A stretch of DNA of 64,000 bases from the human T2T-CHM13v2.0 reference genome, Homo sapiens: assembly GCF_009914755.1 (NCBI RefSeq), contig NC_060941.1. The stretch is one strand, 5' to 3'. Shown here one piece after another: positions 40,033 to 64,000 of this stretch. Made by a program: the position numbers and the translations under genes. Position 1 is the stretch's first letter. Every line of letters starts with the position of its first letter. Below the pieces are notes generated by a model that saw only the letters and a program-made list of their open reading frames with translations, did no database searches and was not told the DNA's origin.

Positions 40033-43000
40033 CTGCAAGAGAGGCCCAGCCAGGCCGGGCAAAGGTCAGGAGCTTGAGTCCCGCCACTGCAGGGGCTTCA
40101 GGACTGGGGTACAGGGACAGCCAAACAGCCTGAAATATCCCCAGCCTCTTTCTCTACGGATGATATGGGAATGGTGGCAGACACAGAAGAGCCCCAGGGT
40201 GGGGAGAAATGGGATCAGACCCACAAGTCCCTCTCCCTCCCGCAGCTCAGTCTCTAGACGCCCCCACTTCCCCACTCCCAGAAGACCCTGCCCGCGCACT
40301 CAGCTCCTCGGAGAGAGGGGGGAAGTCGTAAATGTGCTCGCAGGTGTTCTTGCTGCTGGGGATGCAGAAGCCAAAGTGGAAGTCGAAGCTTTTGAGTAGC
40401 TGGTTGCGGAAGTAGTGCCTCTCGATCATGCGGAAGTTGTTGACAGGCTTGTCTCCCACTGTGAACTCCACCCTGAGCAAGAAAAGGAGGCAGGGCTAAG
40501 TCTGTCCTTGAAGTCAACTAGCCAGCCAGGCTCAGGACAGGCCACCCCTACGAGAGGCTGAGAAGGGCCCACTCACACCCTCTCCCTCACCCCCACCACC
40601 ACCCATAGCCCAGCGACTCACGTGGCTCCCACCTGCCTCAGGCGGAGGAAGGCAGGCGTGAACTGGTAGCGGACAAAGCGCCCAGCATTGGGGTCCAGGT
40701 CCCGCCGGTTGATGGGCAACCGTTCTGCAATGTACCCCAGCTGGGGCTCAGTGGGCTTCAGGCTGGGCCCTTGTCCACCCAGGGTTCTACCCTTGGGTCC
40801 CCATCTATCTGATTTTTTTTAAACTCCCCAAGAAATTCCGGGGCACACTGAGGGCTCAGACCATTGGCCAAATAGTGCCACCTAGGGGTTCTAGGTCTGC
40901 ATGTTCCCAATCGCCACTGTGCTTCCCCGGGCCACAGGATGCTGAGGCCTGGGACCCGTAGGACTGCAGTTCCCAGAGAGCCCTGCAGAGGGCAGGTTGG
41001 CAGGGACCGAAGGGGTAGGGCTGACCTCGCAAGATGTCCAGCCTCAGAAACATATGGGAAGGAAAAGAAAGGGCCCCCCTGCCTGCAGACTCCTGAGAAT
41101 GCTGGGGTCCAAGCCCCAGCTCTGTGGACTCCTCTGTGGCCCAAGGATTCCCTGGGCAGCCCACTCCGCAGCTCCTATCTGCCTCCCCATCAATGGCCCA
41201 CCCAGCCCACTCACCTGAGACTGGGGGCTTCTTGATTTCAAAGAGGACAGTGCCTGAGTCCATGTCCCGAATCTTAAACCTGACAAAGTCGATCTTGTAG
41301 ATATTCTCCTCAGGGGAGCAGAGGTAGTCTAGGGGAAACAGGCAGCTGAGCAAGGAAGGGGCCGCAAAGCCCCTGCTGCCAGGTCAGCTTGTGTGGGACC
41401 CCAGAGTAGCTACCATCTTCTCATCCCTGGGATCACTGCCCTCTGGAAAGAGGGACCTCAGTCCCTGCCCTTGGGGTACACCCCCAGTGTGGAAGAGACA
41501 TAACTCCGCCATGGGGATCTAACAGGGGATAAGGAGTGCCATCCTACTGGTCTCTGGGGGCCAGGGAAGGGCAGGGCAGAGAAGGGTAGAGGACAAGGCC
41601 ACCTCCTGAACACTCTCTCTCCCACTCTGGAGTTGAGGGTCCTCATTCTGGCCTCCGCTCTGCCAAGGCTGGCTAGATGACTTTGGGAGAATTAGGTATC
41701 CAGCCTGGTGGGAGCCTCTCTTCTCATATGGGAACAACTTCCTGCAGTCTGACCTGTCTCTTCTACTGCAACTCAGTGTATCAACTTCTCTGGTACCCTG
41801 CCTTTGAGAACCACCTGTAAAGGGGGCCACACAGCTCTGTCTTGGGAGAGTCACTGTCCTTCTCTGGAGGATACTCCTACCCTCACCCCACAGCTGCCCC
41901 TGGCATGACATCTAGATGTATCAGGTGAGGCTGATGTTAAGGGGACTTTCCCTGATATGGGTGGGGCTGGGGCAGGTGAACAACCCCTTCCCTATTCCTC
42001 CTCTCCTCCAAACCCCCTCCTCTCAGTAAGAAGCTTACACCAGCCCAGCTCCCTTAAGCAGCTTAACCAAAGCTCTGCTGACTCAAGCCCAGAGCCTGGG
42101 ATATGGCAGGTGGGAGGAGGCCAACTTTGCTCTCATCCTTTGTTGATCTCCAAATGGGAGGAAGTCTTAGCAAGCAGAGAGAACCCCCTTAGAGGTCATT
42201 TACGCAGCCCTGGCTATGAGCCACCACCATGGAGAAAGTAGTCCTGGACCCCCATAGAGAAGAACACAGGCTAGGCCAGGAGGAGGGTGTGGCAGGTGCA
42301 GCAGTGGGTGTGGAAGGGGTAAGGGGAGTCCTCAGGCCCAGGAAGGGAACCAAGAACAGTGGGAGGCCCTGCCTGAGGAAGCTCAGGGAGCTACAGGGCC
42401 TGATCTAACCCTCACAGCTCTTGCAGCAGCAACTTCAAGTGCTCAGGGAGGCCCTGGCAACAAAAAGAGCTGAGAGGTGCAGGGAGGGACTCGTGCTGTC
42501 AGCCTGCACAGCATCACATCCTCCCCTGGTGGCCCACAGAGGCCTGGAAATCACCCTCCAGGCCCCTGGGCCACCTCCTATTCCTCTGGGGCAGGAACAG
42601 GAAGTGAATATAAAGTCATTTTCTCTTCCCCAGGTCTGCTTCTTCCCCAAGCCTGACGCTGTCCCCTCCAGGAAGCCCTCCTGGCAGCCATCTGGTACCC
42701 TGGGGCCCAGCATGGACTTTATACAGCTTGGGGAAGAGGCAGGGCCCTGAGTCTACTACAGCCCACATGTGGGGTGGGGAGAGAATGGAAGTGGGCAACC
42801 CCTATCTCACCCCATTCACCCTATTTTCACAGAAAGTAAGCACCAGTATAAAGACATAGAAAGAAGGTACAGAGCATAGGGAACGGAGGTGGCAGAGTGG
42901 GGAGCAGGATCCCAGTGCCCAACTCCCAGATCCCTGTAAGGCCTTCTCTTCTCCCATTCTCCAACTTTTGGAGCCTCTCTCATTTGGGAACAACTTCCTG

Positions 43001-45180
43001 CAGTCTAACCTCAGTCTCTTCTACTGCAAACTCAATCTATCAACCTCTCTGTCCTTAGAAGAAGTGAGGAACACGGATATCTATGGCTCAGAACACCACG
43101 GCCACTCCTTCTCTTCTAGAAAGGATGAGGCCTGGGACCCAGGGTCAGGTCAGAATAAGGGGCAGAGTGGCCAAGGGCTCAGAACACAACTGCTCTATTC
43201 CTCTCAGCCACAAATAGCTTCCTAAGCTGGATTCAGGGCCCAGTAATCTGGGAACAGCAAACCTCAGACCTGCATGATTAGGGTCAGAAGAGACCAGGCA
43301 AGGGGTGCCAGGGTGGAAATCCCTGGAACTCTGTTCTCAATTCCTGCACAGGAAGGGGTTCTCATGAAGCCCTTTCCTCTACTTACCCTTCACAGATGCC
43401 CCATCTCTAAGGGCTATGAATTTCCTCCAAATTAGGAGACAAATGGTGGTACATGAGCTGGAAGCTCCCTCTAGTTGCAAAATAAACCCCCAAAGTTACT
43501 CAGGACTCAGTCAGTCTGAGAAAGTTCTGCCCCAGAGCTAAGCTGAATCCTAAATGCTGCTATTGCAAATTGTAGCCCAACTGGCTTCAACATCAGCCTG
43601 GTCCAGCCTCCCTCTCTCCATTGATGCCTGCTTGGGCAAGGGAGCTCAGTACTCTGGGGGCCCAGCTAAGAATGGCTGCTGCCTAGCTCAGTAAGGAGAG
43701 AGGAATTGGCCCCCAGGGACCCAGGAGCACAGGCTCAAGGCTGTCTCCCCTCCACAGCTCTGTCTGGGAGTCCGGTGTTCTGCTGCTTTGGAAGCTCTAG
43801 GGCTCAGGTCCACTCCAATACATGCCCCCCATACCCACAGAGAGGCCCCCCCCAACAGTTATTCTCACAAAGGGGGCCAGGGCAGGTTGCTGGTGAATGT
43901 GGCCAAGGTGGAGAGCCACTGTCTCTCCATGCACCTTTCATCCTTTGAGGCTCATCCAAAGCCTCTGCTATGAGGTTTCCTAGCCCTCGTTCCCTGCCTA
44001 TGATGACCCCCTCCCCTGCCCTGAAAGCCAAGTTGTTTGACTCCAGGCAGCAGCTATGAGCAGCCCTGTAGGGCCCAAAAATACTACTGATCAAAGAGCC
44101 CAATGTACACAGCATGCATAGATGCCAGGCACTGTACAGAATCAGAGGACTTATCTTCACAATAATCTTACGAGAAAGGTATCATTATCCCCATTTTACA
44201 GATGAAAAGACATGCTCAGAGAGGTGAGGTTACTTGCCCAAGGTCACACAGACAATTATATGGCAGAGTTGGAACTCCAACCCAGGCAGTCCAGCTCAGA
44301 AACTCTTAACCACAGTGGAGACCAAGCCTCCCTTGATGACAGAGCCCCCAGAAGAGGACAGGTGCTAGTCCAGGCTTGGAGGGACATTATGCCACTCCCC
44401 ATGAGAGGAACCACAGCCAACACACTAAAGCTGCCTGCTCAGTTTCTTTCCCGGGGAAGAAAATGGCCCAAGTCTTCCTGGAGGATCAGGGTGAGGGTAT
44501 TAATGGTTGGGGAGACATGAAGAGTCTGAATGCCTCCCAAGTAACTCAGCCTCCACCTAGCCTCCAGCGTGGGGGCTGAGGACAGGCTGCACTCAGCCCC
44601 TCTCTTCATTAGTGCAGGGACGGGCCTCAAAGCGCTCTGGAGACTCCACAGCTACAGGGCTATGGTTGCAGCTGCTGCCGCACGTACCTCCACGCTGGGA
44701 AAAGGGGACGGGCCCCTGGAAAAGGAAGGAATAAATCTCGAAAGGGAGAAGAAGGAGGCACAGAGAGAGATCAAGGGAAGGGGGTACACAGAGATCTCAG
44801 ACCTGGCGGCAGAAGGGAGAGCAGGGGACACAGGAGAGGGGACTCGGTGGGGGAGGGGAGGCGGGAAAGGGGGCGGGGGCCAGGGCTTGGCGCGCCGGGA
44901 GGGCCCCTCGCACCCTCTCCCCTTCCCACCCGCGGGCGGCGCTCCCTCGCGGGTGCTCACCACCGGTGATCCGCTGCAGCCCCAGCACGTCCTCCGGCCC
45001 GATCGGCTGCTTCCTCTGCAGCGGCCCCGGCCTGGGCCCTGGGCCTGCGTCCGGCTCCGACTCGGACCCAGATTCGGATTCCGCAGGCGGCTGTGGTATG
45101 GGGGCCACGCTCTGGCCCGAGGGCCCCGGAGCGGACTCCGTCGCCGTCCCGGCCCCACCGCCGCCCTTCTTCACCTTCAT
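39920..45180 (-). CDS. UNC119: UNC119 lipid-binding chaperone (HRG4), spliced CDS span, 5 exons, 240 aa
   Basis: Exons of 220+114+103+173+113 = 723 nt; [11 protein letters not shown] start, PDE-delta-like domain, ends DYSYSGTP*. Confidence 0.98.
40300..40472 (-). CDS. UNC119: UNC119 exon 4
   Basis: [21 protein letters not shown]...FPPLSEEL, weak donor GTGCGC. Confidence 0.96.
40622..40724 (-). CDS. UNC119: UNC119 exon 3
   Basis: [33 protein letters not shown]. Confidence 0.96.
41215..41328 (-). CDS. UNC119: UNC119 exon 2
   Basis: [37 protein letters not shown]. Confidence 0.97.
44080..44315 (-). mobile_element. MIR in UNC119 intron 1
   Basis: CCCATTTTACAGATG...GCTCAGAGAGGTGAGGTTACTTGCCCAAGGTCACACAG. 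Confidence 0.85.
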
Positions 45181-45400
45181 GGCCTTGCGGGGCCGAGGCT
45201 CGCCTGCTGCTGCCGCCGCTGCCTGCGCCGGCTGGAGCCGGGGGAAGTGGGAGCATCCGCAGCCCCGCCCCCGGCCGGGGCCCCAGGTACTGCCCCGCCC
45301 CGGCCCCGCCCCTGGGGTGGGCCCTGCGCTGATCCCGCCCGCCGCCCGGCCCAACCCTCCCGAAATGCGACGGGCGCGGGGGATGGGAGTCGGGGTATCC
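44850..45400. promoter_or_regulatory. UNC119: UNC119 CpG island / GC-box promoter
   Basis: Very CpG-dense; several GGGGCGGGG (Sp/KLF) boxes on the - strand at ~45260-45350, upstream of the ATG; no TATA box. Confidence 0.85.
44961..45180 (-). CDS. UNC119: UNC119 exon 1 coding part
   Basis: MKVKKGGGG...LQRITG, donor GTGAGC. Confidence 0.96.
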
Positions 45401-45539
45401 TGCCCTGGGCTTCATTCTGTTTTTCTAACACTTTCTTGTACTGGTACTAGTGGGGTCCTGACTACCTCTCCGCTTACTCATTGTGTTCCAGCCTTTCTGC
45501 CCGTGAGTTCCAGGCTCAGGGTCTCTGCTTGGATGGTCT

Positions 45540-45805
45540 TCCCCAGATGGCCTCTTTTCTCCTAGTCACAGCTCAAATGTCATCTGCTCAAAGGGCCTCC
45601 CTCACACCCAGTCTGAAGTCCTTCCCCCTCAGTCACCATCTGACCAGCCTGTTTTTGTCTTTCTAATGCATTATGTGAAATTATTTTTATTTGTCCGCTG
45701 ACTCTTCCCCCTGAAAGCTCAGCTCTGTGAAAGCACTGGTCCTGCCTACTTTGTTCTCTGTAGGACCCCTGTACCTAGCAGAAGGCTCCCTGCAGCTGGT
45801 GCTCA

Positions 45806-45836
<31 letters not shown>

Positions 45837-45860
45837 GACCTGATGAATTAGTATCTCAGG
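45540..45860 (+). mobile_element. L2-like 3' end with a poly(T) tract
   Basis: CTCAAATGTCA...AGCTCTGTGAAAGCA...CCTAGCA pattern. Confidence 0.5.
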
Positions 45861-46009
45861 TAAAAAGCAGATGCTAACAGCCTTGGGCAATCCAGCTAGG
45901 AAGGGCACATGGCCACGTGGAAGCAAAGTGGACCTGTGGGCACAGGAGGACAAACACCAGGAAACTGTTACTTACGCGTGAATGCAGAAAGAGTAGAGCT
46001 CAGACTTTG

Positions 46010-46255
46010 TATCATTCCAATTCATATTCAGCCAGTGTTTATTAAGAGCCTACTACACGCCAGACACTTTACATGCTGATCACATTTACTCCTCACAACC
46101 ATCTTGTAAGGGAGACATCATCAGTGCCATTTGAACAAATGAAAAACTGAGGCTCAGAGAGATTCAATACCTTATCCAAAGCTCTCCAGACAATAAGTGC
46201 AAAAACAAGGATTTGAATTCAGGACTGTTTGATTCCAAATCTGGAACTTTCTGGA
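46010..46255 (-). mobile_element. MIR in the PIGS 3'UTR end
   Basis: TTTATTAAGAGCCTACTA...ATGAAAAACTGAGGCTCAGAGAGATTCAA...GGATTTGAATTCAGG. Confidence 0.75.
46038..46043 (-). terminator. PIGS: Probable PIGS polyadenylation signal (inside a MIR/L2-like element)
   Basis: TTTATT on + strand ~800 nt after the PIGS stop codon. Confidence 0.7.
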
Positions 46256-46261
46256 ACCTCT

Positions 46262-46262
<1 letters not shown>

Positions 46263-46300
<38 letters not shown>
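46263..46300. repeat. (CA)n microsatellite, read as (UG)n in the PIGS 3'UTR
   Basis: Visible. Confidence 0.95.
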
Positions 46301-46302
<2 letters not shown>

Positions 46303-46844
46303 CACCATGTCCTGAGCTGCTGCCTCCTGGACTCCCGCCAGACTGCACCTGACAGACAAAGCCAACTAGGAGGGAGGGGAGTGAGGGAGAAGGTCCCACA
46401 GGTGACCAATGCCTGGCCCCTTCATGACAGCAGGGGCTAGGGCTGTCCCACAGGGACTAGAGAGAGGTGTGGAAGGCAGGGACTTTCCCATAATGCTCCC
46501 TCCTCTCAGTGCACAAGTGTGCTATGTTGAGAAATGGGGCAAAAGAACAAACAGTCCTTGCCACAGAGGGAGACAGGCAGCAGCCTTATCAAACAAGATA
46601 AGGAGACCCGGATGATGTGCCTTTTGAGGCCCCTGGTGGTGGAGGAGGATTGAGCCAGGTGAATGGGAAAGGAAGAAAAGATGAACCCATCTTGGAGTGT
46701 TGTACTTTGGTTGCTGGAGAGCCAACAGTGGAGACTGGAGACAAATATTTAAGTCATTCCGGCAGGCCCCATGTACGTGCCTCACAATCTAACACCGCCC
46801 ACCTTGGCCAGAAAGGAAGGCTTCCTATGGAGGTGCTGCCCTGC

Positions 46845-64000
<17,156 letters not shown>

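Noticed and set aside
44569-45565. Long + strand ORFs (293 aa, 199 aa) antisense to UNC119 exon 1
   Set aside because: Stops are scarce in a CpG island; low complexity and no recognisable domain.

Overview
Human (primate) genomic DNA, recognisable from the protein sequences as the FOXN1-UNC119-PIGS cluster (17q11.2). The + strand carries all 8 coding exons of FOXN1 (16586-30056, 1947 nt = 648 aa, all junctions GT-AG and in phase). The first 16.5 kb is upstream/first-intron sequence with a ~2.6 kb 17-bp VNTR and a candidate alternative TATA promoter/first exon. The - strand carries the complete UNC119 gene (5 coding exons, 240 aa, CpG-island promoter) and PIGS exons 2-12; PIGS exon 1 lies past the right edge. 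The rest is mostly Alu, MIR, L1/L2, DNA-transposon fossils and microsatellites, which explain most of the supplied ORFs. No rRNA, tRNA or CRISPR features, and no clearly novel protein-coding system, were seen. The best leads are regulatory or RNA-level: the structured VNTR, the candidate promoter/exon, HOX13/p63/TCF motif clusters, alternative acceptors with an upstream ORF, an intron-retention FOXN1 form, a transposon hairpin in the FOXN1 3'UTR, and a MIR-donated PIGS poly(A) signal. Repeat subfamily names are from memory of consensus sequences, and repeat boundaries are approximate.
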